This document shows, piece by piece, positions 38,310 through 51,036 of a stretch of 64,000 bases of DNA. Source of the DNA: the human T2T-CHM13v2.0 reference genome, Homo sapiens; assembly GCF_009914755.1 (NCBI RefSeq), contig NC_060935.1, one strand, 5' to 3'. The number at the start of each line of letters is the position of its first letter. Position 1 is the stretch's first letter. The notes below the pieces were generated by a model that was not told the DNA's origin, made no database searches, and was given only the letters and a program-made list of their open reading frames with translations. The position numbers and the translations under genes are program-made.

Positions 38310-41300
38310 TTAAAAGATTAAGAGATCCAGAGGGGAGTGCTGTGAATTCTAACCATATGACCATGGAACTAGGATACCAGGGAGCACTTCATGGGAGAAA
38401 TGTCATTTATGTTTATTTTTGTAAAGCATATGTAAAAATTTGACAGGTGAAGATAGAGAAAGTAAAAATTGAGTATAAACAAGAAAAGGAAAGGGAAATT
38501 TCTAAAATGGTATCTTTTAGGGGCATTAAAGCTTACAGAAGTTAGGGCAAAGAACATATCATAATGGAAGAAGCTTTTTATCAATAATACCCAGTTTACT
38601 TAATTTGTATTAAGTATATATACATATGTTTGTGATATATATGTACATATGCACACAACTACACAATTCTGAGTTAGCTTATCAAGAAATACAAGATTTG
38701 CATAATTTTGCTTTATCATTGAGCTAGGTTAATATTGCCTTAGTAGTCAGAGAAGCATGATGCAACGAGGTGGAGGAGTTCATTGTATTACCACAAAAGG
38801 AGGAAGTACAGCCAGCTTAATCTTTAATACTGTATGCTGACTAAAGTTTTCAAAATTATTATTATTACTGTACAGAAAGTCAAATTCTTGTTTTCAATGT
38901 TATTAGCATATTTTATAAATTTAATTGAAAACAATTCAGATTTGGGGGAAAATGTATGTTTTTTATGTACTATTATTTTACATATTTACTTAATAATTTA
39001 TTATCTACTAGTGTAAGACATCCAGTCCTATAAAATAAGTGTTATGCTTAAAATTGAGTCCTAAAAAGCTTCTAGAATGACTAAATTAATCAGTTAATTG
39101 ATAAATATAACCAATGAGTAGTCAAGACAATGAATATTAAATACCAATGGCATGGCATATGTTACCCATTATTTTGGAGTAAAAATGTCACATTCAAATC
39201 TGGCAAATGTGTAAAAATACATATTTTCACAAGTAATATATAAGAGTATGAAACATTACAGAAATTTTTGGAAGTATTTTGAGAGTATCTATTAAAAGTT
39301 CTGGTAAACATAATGTTTGACACATTGTAAGAATATATCCTGAGATAATAAGAGATTTTTGGTATAAAGTATTATGAAATATTTCATACTTATACAAAAG
39401 AATACATTAGATAATTCTGGTTTAAGAATTTACAGTTTTAATTTTGTTTTTCAACACATAAATAATTCAAAATAAATTAATTTTTCCATAAGTCAGCTTG
39501 TCCCTCTATTACTTCATTTTCTTCTATTGTTTTTTTTTTAAACTGCTTTGATTCATAGTGCTTTTCTATGGAAAGAAATGGATTCAAAGTGACTTAGAAA
39601 TTAAACCTTCAAAGATAAATTTATATATATTTTCTCACATATGTACATGAAGAAAAGGGGCACAAATTATCAGAAAATGTTTTGAATCTTTGACAAAATT
39701 AAAACCAAAAACTCTGGTACTAATAGAAAGCTCCTATTCAAAACTCTTGGCTCATTTTTCTCTCAACTCATTTCCTGCTGAACAAGTTATTTTCCTTGCC
39801 AATGGAGTTCTTGATTCAGTGCCATTTCTTTTTAATGGATTGGTTTTCTTTGTTAGGTTTATTAGGCAGCACTCAGTATTCACCCAAGATGAGTACTGAT
39901 AGGTAATAGATCTTAACTTAGTAAAGCTAATTGACAGGAGTCCTGATTATAATTGCAAAGTTGTTATTAGAACAAATGACAAAACAACAAGCTACTCTTG
40001 TTTAATTAATTTTTACTTAGCAGCTTTAAAGGTAAATTTGTTAATATTCAAAAGAGTGGAAGGCCAAGCCGTCTGCTCCCATCTACTATCCTGTTACTTA
40101 CTATGAATAATATTTATGCATTTGAATGCTGCCAAGACAATTCAAAGTCAAGAAGCTTCTACTTATAAACACATTTTTGTTCTCTCTTGCAGGTATGGTA
40201 TCTCTTATCTATAGTTACGAATGAAAACTCTTAACTATTTCATTCTCTAATACAATTTTGAATTTACCTGCATCCTTTTCCTGGTTGTTTCCTCTTCAAA
40301 ATTCTTGTTTTTTCTGTTATAATATTATTCATACTGATGATAGTACTGTTACTAAATTATATTTATCTTTTGATAATACATAACATTTTTTGAGACATGT
40401 AAAAGAATGACAATTTTTATTGATCTTAAATCAAGGTATAACTAAGTTAATTTGATTGAAAAGTTAAGTGACTTCTTTAAATTATGGACATGAACTAGTT
40501 ACATTTCAGAGAGTTCTCCCAGGCTGTAAAACTATTTCTTAGTGGAACTAATGCTTAATATCAAATGCATAATATCAAATGATATTATGTTTACTTGCAT
40601 GCATAGTTTTAGGTTTTCATTATCCTGTATCTGCAAGGCAGGCAGGCACAGTGTCTGCCAACAGTAGTTTGTTGAAAAAGTAAATAAATAAAAAATAAAA
40701 AGAAGACTGTAGCTATATACTAACTTAAGCTTTACTCCAAAACACTGTTGGTGTTTCTGCCTCCCATTTCTAAATGTTACATGATTTCAGGCCTTTCCTC
40801 ATTTAACATCTTACGGAAATAATGAGAGAAACAAATGAGAAAGTGAGGGGGCTAAATCCATGCTTACTTATCTAGGATTTCACTGTTCTTCCCAGCACTT
40901 CCTGGCTTAAAAGGGAAAAGCTCTTTCCACTTATAAAACTGTTTTGGATTCCTTCTTCTTCATATCTTCCCAACTGAAGAAACTGAATTATTAATAGAAT
41001 GAGGGTGTTATTTCGATGTTGATAATAAACTTCTCCTTAGAACGATAGTCACTCCACTTCCTTACTTTTTATCTCCTAACCTGTAATAATCAGAGAGTTG
41101 TCTTCACAAACACATTCAAATTTTTTTTGAAGACTTCCGTCTTGATAAATCTGTTGATTGTATTTGACCCTCATGTTGCCCAATAGTAAAGTCTGTGCCC
41201 AAATGTCACCTTTTCAGAGAGGTCTTCATTAACAATTCCACCTAAAGAAGATTCCCCACTCCTCACCCACTTCATCTTATCACTTTGCTTTATTTTCTGC

Positions 41301-41379
41301 ACAATATTTCTTACTATTTGACTTCTTCCTTCCTTCCTTCCTTGCTTGTTTCTTATATAGGCCTGTAAATATTCAGGAA

Positions 41380-42600
41380 CAATATTAAAAAATTACAAAA
41401 ATTTACTAAAGACTACACATGCATATTAATCAGTGAGAATATTCTATATTATTAATGCCAATTTTTCTAAATTAATCTATGTAATGCAATCTCAGTCAGA
41501 CTAAATATGCAGATGATGTAGAAGAGAAAAAGTGAAAGAATAGAGAAGAAAAGGAAAAAAAAGAACCAATGGAAAAAGAATGATTCATTTGAATGAGAGA
41601 AATTAGATTTCTAGTTCATAACATTTTAAAATCCACATTGATTAAAGAACTAAGTGCAATAAAATAATTATGAAAATACTGTCAAGAATATTTTAGCGTG
41701 GGGGGCCTTTTGCAGTAGAAAACAAAACAGACAGCCATGCAGGAAGAGAAGATAACTTTAACAAAATAATGATAATTTTAAACTCTTCTTTATGAAGAAA
41801 GATACCATGAGCCAAATAAAAAGACAGCCTAGCACAATAGAAAAGATGGAAGATAAATATTAAAGCTTAATCATATATAAATAATTTTCTTAAATCGATA
41901 TGGTAAACACAAAAAACCCAACAGAAGAAAAATGGTCAATGGCTGTTAACAATTCACAGAAAATCAAAGTTTCTCAACCTCATTTTCAATGATGGTTATA
42001 TAAACTATAACAGCACTGAGATTTTATTTTCCCGTTCAATTTGTAAAATTTTTAAAAATGCCTCAATACTTTCAGTTGGGATAAAAATAATAAAAAACAG
42101 AAAATTTCAAATACTGTTTGAATATAAGTTTTATAAAGTAATCAAGAAATTTCTATCAAAATTTAAAATGTGAATACCCTTTATCTCTCACTTCTTCCTT
42201 CCTCAATTTTCTTCTAGATATTCTCCCAAAAAGGGCATTTAATTGCAGCAAGTTTTCTAGTAGGAAAATAGAGAAAGATTAAATAGTTATTGATTTGTGT
42301 AATTTGATAATAGATTCTGTAGCCATAAAAACAATTGGAAACAAATATACTTCTTTACCTATGACAAATATACTTCTTTACCTATGACAAATTTTGTAAA
42401 TCATTAATCTTATCTATTATATGAACTGCAAAAATTATCTTCATTCATGTATATATGCGTAAATATGTATGTAAATGTATAAGAACACTAAAAACATGTA
42501 GAATGTCTTAAATCTTTGGATTTTATTGTGTATATTTCTTTTTTATGGGGGTCTTATTTTAACTTGTGCATACAAAAATTTTAATTTTGAATTGCTTTTA
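41380..42600 (+). mobile_element. Old L1ME fragments
   Basis: A-rich decayed ORF2/3' UTR motifs (ACAATTCACAGAA; TCAAAATTTAAAATG). Confidence 0.5.
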
Positions 42601-42860
42601 CAAAATGTGTTTAAAAACATATCAAAAGTTAATACTAATAATTTTTGTGAATGAGGGAAAAAACTAGTCTCTTTAGTAACTGTAGCTACATAATCTCTAT
42701 GGTAACTACACTTAACCAAAAACCATACCCACTACTTAATGAACACATACATGTGTCAATTACTATATTTATTAAATTTTTGATTTTATAGATGAGAATA
42801 CTGAGCTAAGAAAACTGTCCAGATTTACAGAGCTAAGAGTTCTCAAAGATGTTCACTATT

Positions 42861-44525
42861 TTTTTTAAGTTTTTTTTTTTTCCTTCAACTTTTGTCTTAA
42901 GTTCAGGGGTACATGTGCAGGATGTTCAGGTTTGTGAAATAGGTAAATGTGTGCCATGGTGGTTTGCTGCACAGATCATCCCATCACCTAGGTATTAAGC
43001 CTAGCATCCATTGTCTGTTCTTCCTGATGCTCTCCCTCCCCACACAACCCCAACAGCTCCAGTGTGTGTTGTTCCCCTCCCTGTGTCCATGTGTTTTCAT
43101 CATTCAGCTCCCACTTGTAAGTGAGAACATGTGGTGTTTGTTTTTCTGTTCCTGCATTAGTTTGCTGAGGATAATGTCTCCCAGTTCCATCCATGTCCCT
43201 GCAAAGGACAGGATCTTGTTCTTTTTTATGGCTGCATAGTATTCCATGGTGTATATGTACTACATTTTCTTCATCTGTTCTATCATTGATGGGCATTTAG
43301 GTTGATTCCATGTCTTTGCTATTGTGAATAGTGCTTCAATGAACATACACATGCATGTATCTTTATAATAGAATGATTTATATTACTATGGGTATATAAC
43401 TGGTAAACATTATAAGCTCATGGATAAGAAGAATCAATATCATAAGAATGGCCATATTGCCCAAAGTAATTTATAGATTCAGTGATACTCCCATTAAACT
43501 ACCATTGGCATTCTTCACAGACTTAGAAAAAAAAACTATTTTAAAATTCATATGGAACCTAAAAGGAGCGCAAATAGCCAAGAAAATCCTAAGCAAAAAC
43601 AAAGCTGGAGGCATCACACTACCTGTCTTCAGATTATACTGCAAGGCTACCTAACCAAAACAGCATGGTCTTGGTACAATAACTGACACATAGACCAATG
43701 GAACAGTAGAGAATGTAGAAATAAAACGGCACACCTACAACCATCTGATCTTCAACAAACCTGACAAAAACAAGCAACGAGGAAAGGACTTTCTATTTAA
43801 TAAATGATTCTGGGAGTGCTGGCTAGCCATATGCAGAAAATCAAAACTGGACCCCTTTTTTACACTGTATACAAAAATTAACTCAAGATGGATTAAAAAC
43901 TTAACTGTAAAACCCAAAACTATAAAAATCCTAGAAGAAAATCTAGGCAGTACCATTCAGGAAGTAGGCACAGGCAAAGATTTCATGATGAAAATGGCAA
44001 AAGCAATTGCAGCAAAAGTAAAAATTGACAAATGGGATCTAATTAAAGAGCTCTGTACAATAAAAGAAACTGTAATCAGAGTGAACAGACGACCTACAGA
44101 ATGGGAGAAAAGTTTTGCAATCTATCCATTTGACAAAGACCTAGTATCAAGACTATACAAATAACTTAAACAAATTTACCAGAAAACAAACAAACAAAGA
44201 AACAAACCCCATTCAAAAGGGGGTAAAGAACATGAACAAACTCTTCTCAAAAGAAGACATACATGAGGCCTACAATCATATGAAAAAAAAAGCTCAACAT
44301 CACTGATCATTAGAGAAATGCAAATCACAACCACAATGAGATACCATCTCACACCATTCAAAATGGCTATTAGTAAAAAGTCAAAAAGCAACAGATGCTG
44401 ACAAGGTGGCAGAGAAAAAGGAAAGCTTTTATTATACATTGTTGGTGGTAGTGTAAATTAGTTCAACCATTGTGGAAGATAGTGTGGTGATACCTCAAAG
44501 ACCTAGAGGCACAAGTATCATTTCA
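42861..44525 (-). mobile_element. L1PA11-13-like with 5' inversion (3' end on - at 42861-43406; inverted ORF2 on + at 43405-44523)
   Basis: 3' UTR GTTTGCTGCACAGATCATCCCATCACCTAGGTATTAAGCC, then + strand ORF2 ([11 protein letters not shown]). Candidate TSD TCACTATT at 42853-42860 and 44529-44536. Confidence 0.88.
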
Positions 44526-44829
44526 TAATCACTATTAATAGTTTAATTTTTTAAAGGTGAATATTTAGAATATATTTTATTTAGATATATTTTAATGTAA
44601 TGTATTATAAATACAAAATATGAACTCACAATAGACAAATTAAAAATGTTGGGAGAGATTAAATAAATACCTGTGCTCTTCACAAAGATCTTAAAGCTTT
44701 TATTGATCTGATTATTTAGAATTATGCACTACAAAAATGGGGAAAACTGTTTTAGCTAACATAGCATGATATAAGCAGTAAAAGCCACTTTATTCTTGGT
44801 TGCTTGAGTTCAGGGGTGATACTCTGTAT

Positions 44830-45365
44830 TTGCTTTAGGTTCCAAGGTTTACTATATGTTGAACAAAACTGCACACATTTAAGAAACAAACACCAAGATG
44901 CAGTTTGAAGTACAAAAGGATCGTTGGGAATAATGCTTTGAAAAATATGGACAGGAGGGGAGAACAGGAGTAGGCAGGGAAGACTGTTAGATCATAAAAA
45001 GATTTGGCACCTATTGAAGGAGAGGAAAAAGGAAGATGGTTGCATAGGAAAAGCCTTAGACTGTGGTGGTGCTCAGAGAAAAGTCTCAGTCCACTTAACA
45101 GAGTGCTTTGGCACAACATTCCATGTAGATGAGTTGACAATGAGTAGAAGTGTACCAAGCCCTGGTACCATCATCAGGCTTTAATGTATTTTTCAAGCTG
45201 TCAAAGGAGAGAGTGGCCTTGGCTCCAATATCACAGTGGATCTTAAAGGTGCTGTACTGGGAGGCTCTCAGCTAGCTCCTTCCCTTTGGGAGGCTCTCAG
45301 CTAGCTCCTCCCCTCTGTGGCTGATCCACAAAGGGACCAGCCTAGGTCCCTGGCTGCCATACCAC
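44830..45365 (-). mobile_element. LTR16-like (ERVL) LTR containing a 29-bp tandem duplication (45258-45315)
   Basis: TAGGAAAAGCCTTAGACTGTGGTGGTGCTCAGAGAAAAGTCTCAG resembles LTR16C. Confidence 0.6.
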
Positions 45366-46893
45366 ATGACACGTTACTTGGGGAGAACTTTAAAATATAG
45401 CTTAGTTAGTACTACCTGCTGACCATTTAATTCTCTTGCGTTGTTGTATACAGTTTGCCGTGATTGGAATATGGTTGTATTTTATTTATATATTCTATTC
45501 AATATAACTGTGAAAAATACATGAATTAATAATACATTACAGATTCATAAAAGTGATTCATCTCAGCATACCTTTTTTATCTTTTAGACCACAAAGGTGC
45601 AGTAAATGATGTCCTGGAGGAGTTACATCACATTTCACATGTCTAGGGGTGTCACTTGTCATTAACATGCTCAAAGTATCTAAATCAATGAGCCATGAAG
45701 TGTTTGAGCAAGCTGGGAGAAATTCACTACGTGAATTTAATTATTTTCCTAATTACAAAAATATACGCATTTGAGAGAAATGTGTTAGATTGCTGGAGTG
45801 CTTTTCCATAGCCAATGGGCACATGTTTGTGTATCTGTGGGAAGGCTTTCTATCTGATGTGACTGATTGGTTTAAGAGATGATTAATATTTTAGTATTAC
45901 CAAAGATTTTTTAAATAGGAAATGATTTCATTGGCTTTATAAACAAGCTAAAACTATAATTCATTTACTTTTGGCCAAAGTCATTCCAAAAATATATTAA
46001 ATAGTCTAAATGTAAAAGTTTAATTACTTTTTTACCTACTTTTGCATACAGATTTTAGAAGTACCCTATGTTTATACATTAAAGATCTATTTATAGGTAC
46101 TATTGCTTAAATGTGTTTCAAAATATATTTATCCATATCTCTAGCTCAGTGTCTAGGATATTGCCTCATGCAGAGGATGACCAATAAACATTTGATGCAA
46201 GAGTTAATAGTTATTTTTTTCAAATATGTAACATACTCATTAATACTTTTATATCCCACAATATCTAAGGAATATTAGAATTAAATTTGGTTCAAAGGTT
46301 TTCTTGACAAAACTAAGAAATATATTATTAATTTTGTGGTAAAAAAGGTTAAAAATGATATATGACATATTTCTTTCTTATATTGGTTATTGGTAATAGT
46401 ATTTTTTCATTCACATCTTGTGTTTTGGCACTGGATGCCTCTTGGGGGCAAATAATCAGAAATTAACAATGATCTTCAAAGTAAAATGCTCTGTGAGAAT
46501 CTGTGAACAAGCTTGCAAATGACACATTTCTATCCCCATTTTCATAAATGTCTATTGCTATTAACATCACTAATTAATATTGTGCCACAGAGAGATTTGC
46601 ATCTTTCTGAAAATTATTTCTCACATAAAGCTTAGCATAAAGAAAATTTAATGGAATGAAATGATGCTGTGGTATGTTGACCTTGTATATCGGTGCTGAC
46701 CCTCTTTTATACCTGCTTACCAATCACTCATTAACCTTTTGTCCTGTTCTTTTCAAATCCTATGTTGATAGCCTAATAATCATGAACAACTTGGTTGTGT
46801 TTAATTGCAATTTATCAGCTAATATTGATATCCATCTTGATAAATTGTGAGACGATAAAATACAATTACTTTGTATAGTCTGTGTTCAGATGT

Positions 46894-47845
46894 AACCAAT
46901 GTAAAAGAGACCTGACTTAGCCTCTTTTTATGAAGACTTTTCTCTTTATAATATGGTATTGATAATAACAGACTAAATTTGTCTTCATGTATGCCCTTTA
47001 GAGAGATGGAGGGCAGGCTAACCTGGCAGGCAGGCCTGTCAATTCACCAGCACTATGTTGATTTCCAGGAGGTCTGCCCCCTTGGAAGGCCAAGTACAAA
47101 CACCAGAGGGCCAAGAGCAGAATATTCTGTGTTTATTATATGTCAGGAATTATGCTTGGGGTATTATATTATTTTCTCAGTTAAGTCTTACAGTAGAATA
47201 GATGGCTAAATGCTATTATTTTGTTTTATCAATAGAGAAACTGAAACTCAGTAAGTCAAATAGTAATTCTTGAGTAAGATTCAGAGGAAAATTAAAATTT
47301 GGTCTAATCATAAAGTTTATGTTCTTAACTGTTAAGCTTTAGCCCCTGGGACAGAAAAACAGTTTGAAAACATATATGTATATGAACTTTACAGTGACTC
47401 CAGCTTTCTTAACCACAGAGAATTCACCCACCAACGGAAGAAGAAAGTTATGGAAGCTACTAGGTAATTTCCTTTAGGTAATAATATCCTTGTACCCTTC
47501 CCAAATGTGTCCCATTCTACCTTTCCTCTGCCCAGTCTATCTGACTATGATCCTTGGCAAGGCACTGGGAATCGGGCTCTCATTCTGTTCCTGGCCTTCT
47601 GGTGTTTGTACTTGGCTTTCCTGGAGTGTGGCTGCTGGCTACTGACAGGTTTGCCTCTAGTTCCGCCCCTTGGAAGTGAAGACAAGTGCTGTTGAATTGA
47701 CAGACCCACTTGGCAGGTTAGCCTCCCTTCCATCTTTCTCAAGGGCATATCTGGAGACAAATTTAGTCTGTTACTATCAGCATGTTATGAAAAGAAAAGT
47801 CTTCATTAAAAAATGAGTTTAAGGCAGGTGTCTTTTACATTGGTT
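46894..47845. repeat. Long inverted repeat: arms 46894-47123 and 47582-47845, spacer about 458 bp
   Basis: AACCAATGTAAAAGA..TAACAGACTAAATTTGTCT..CCAAGTACAAACACCAGA is mirrored by TCTGGTGTTTGTACTTGG..AGACAAATTTAGTCTGTTA..TCTTTTACATTGGTT. The + and - ORF translations are visibly homologous. Confidence 0.93.
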
Positions 47846-48336
47846 TGTGAATCTTGGCGTAAAAATTTGTCTCTGGACTCAACATCCTTAACCCTTTCCA
47901 TAAAAATGTGTTTTCTCAAGATAAAATGAACTTTGCATTCTGTTCACTCTGGGATTCTATATTTTTAGCTTTCCTGTGATTTTACTCCCCATCTTTTTGT
48001 TGTTGGATGTTGTCTCCCTGGCTTCCATGCCTGGTTACAGACACTGACAAACTACTCTTGTTATCTGCAGACGGGTAAGTATTTTATAGTTCAAGAATGT
48101 GAATGGCTGAGTTAAATTCTTGAAATGTATCAAAATAAGAATAATCTCCCTTCATATGATATTATATAGAAATCACCTCTACAGATATGTTCTGGAGGAA
48201 TATTTATTCTGGCTGTTTTCCAAAATCCTCTTGGGAAATTTCAGCTGGCTAGTGAGCACTGGACTGAGAGATGATGTCAAATCCTGCCTCTGCTATCTTC
48301 TAGTTATTTTACCTCCAAGTGAGTCACATCAGTTTT

Positions 48337-48658
<322 letters not shown>

Positions 48659-50594
48659 TGAGTCACATCAGTTTTCTATACTTTGTTTCCTCATTTGTAA
48701 AATTGGTAAATAATGAGTGGATTTTAACTCTCTTGATCCTGGGGTATAGTCTTGGGAAAAAATGGGTTTGTTCCAGAATATAAAAGCTTATTTATAACCC
48801 TGTGTCCTTTGGGGCTCAGGATCTCACCTTTCCTTTTCTTAAAGGCACTGATTCTCTACCTCTGGTGCTTAGTACCACATTGAGATTTTCTGTCCCCATG
48901 GAAACAATGAAATTGAAGCATTACTCATGTCCCAGAAAGTGGTGTGTGAAGACTTGTATGTCCAGAAGAACCACCAGCTTCCAAACTTGTGTTTGCTGGT
49001 GAACTATAGAAGAAAGGAATGTGGCTCACATTTTACTCCAGTTATGTAACTGCCTTTGTAGATTAAATTCATATTCAACATTACCTTTGGCCATTGACAT
49101 AAAAGCTGCTGTAGCTCCACTATATCCTTCTTTGCTATATTCCTCCAAAAGAATGAAAAAGTTCATGTATGATAGGCTGACTATGACCACAGTGAGGGTG
49201 AAATGGAGACACAGGTATTGAGGCTGTTAATGTTTTCTCTCCTTTATCTGGTCTTGTTTTTTTTTTTTCCCAGTCTTCTACGCCTAGCATTCCAAATCCA
49301 GGGATTTAGTGATTTTTAGCAGTCCTTCTCCTGCTTAAAATTATTCTAACACACCTGATGCTATTTGTACCCAAATTCCTTATTTCCCTCCTTCCTGGAT
49401 TACTTTCCTTATCAACTAGTTGTTGGAGGGAAAGTGAGAGATTAAATTCATTTCTTGTATATGTAAAGAGCTCAGAGCTTCTTATAAGTTGAACTTTGTA
49501 TTGAAAAAAGGATTAACACATCACAAAAGAAAAAAGAAAAATACCAGTGATGGGGAATTTTCTGGTTTTATAAAATTCTAGATAGTTGAGATAGAAAAAA
49601 CATATTTTAAAAAACAGAATAGTTTTTCTAGGGCCTCATAAATCACAGCACGGGAGTGTCTAGCTCCTTTACTTACCTTTATACCATACACTTTATGGTT
49701 ATAATCTTTAAACATAAACACACAAAACCCTCTCTGTTTCATCCTTTTCTACTAAATGTCAATTGCTAGTTCCCTTGTTTAACTTCATATTTAGTTCAAT
49801 ACTTTTACTTTTGTCTTCACAGTATAAGTTTTATCTTTAACCCTGGGGATTTTAATAATATTCTATTGTTTTTGAAATGATTATGTTTTCAAGATTTAGT
49901 ATTCTGGGAAACTTAATATTAAATCAAAGTTTGAACTGTTCACTCAATATTACTCTATGAATTTATATTAAAAAGCTCTTAATACTCAGGTATTAGGATA
50001 AACTTACACTGAACCCAAAGTAACTCAGTCTTTAAAAACTTTCAGTACACCCATTTCCCTTTTATTATTGATAAAGCTAACAATTATATCTTGATGATCT
50101 AGAACTATATAGATAACGTTTTTTAATAAATGCCGAGTTCTCATTTCCTGAATCACCTTCATTCTTTTGTGTTCACACTGGCAGAACTTGCTGTTTCTAC
50201 CAGAAGAATCATTTTGATTGGGAATGCAGTTTTTAGTAGAGATGGGTCAGTGTGGCTATGACAACATGGTGCTATTAAAACTAATAGAAAAAGGACTCAT
50301 GAGAACTCTATCTTTGTTCAGGTTATGATCACTTCCTTTCTCAGAACCATTGTTAGTGAAACAGGAGACAGAAAATGGCCTCCAGAATGATTGTCTTCTG
50401 GTGGATTTAATGATATCGTATCACTTCTCAACGTGGCTCATCATTGTCCTCCCATATTCTAGTCAACATATAAAACCCATCATTCCATTCATTTGATTTA
50501 TTTTTAATATCCCTCCAGCTTCTATTATGATCATATTTTTCTTTTCCTTGTGATGAGCTATTGGCCAAGAAGTGTGATGCAGATTAAGGGGTAC

Positions 50595-51036
50595 CATCTT
50601 AGTCCATTTAGTGTTGCTGTATAGGAATACCTGAGGCTGGGTAATTAATAAAAAGAGGTTTATTTGGGTCATAGTTCTGCTGGTTGGAAGGCTGGGCATC
50701 TGGTGAAAGCCTCAGGCTGTTTCCTCTCATAGCAGAAGGTGAAAGAGACTCAGGGTGCTCAGAAATCACACATTGAAAAAGGAAGCAGAGAGAGTGAGAG
50801 GGGAAGTGCCAGGCTCTTTTTAACAACCAGCTCTCATGGTAACAGTAGAGTGAGAACTCACTTGCAGCCATCCCTCCCTCCCCCACCCCAGGCCTCTTTC
50901 CTCCAGGAAGGGCACTAATCTATTCTTGAGGGATCCATCCCCATGACCCACCCATCTCCTGTTAAGCTCCACCTGCAAAATAAGGGATCAAATTTCAACA
51001 TAAGAGTTGGCGGGAACAAACATACAAATTATAGCA
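50595..51036 (-). mobile_element. MST (MSTB-like) MaLR solo LTR
   Basis: TCTTAGTCCATTTAGTGTTGCTGTATAGGAATACCTGAGGCTGGGTAAT...AAATTATAGCA. 5-bp TSD GGTAC. Confidence 0.88.

Noticed and set aside
45570-45775. Acceptor-like TTTTAG followed by codons reading HKGAVNDVL (resembling the start of a WD40 repeat)
   Set aside because: The downstream sequence does not continue a WD40 pattern and no convincing donor follows; likely chance.
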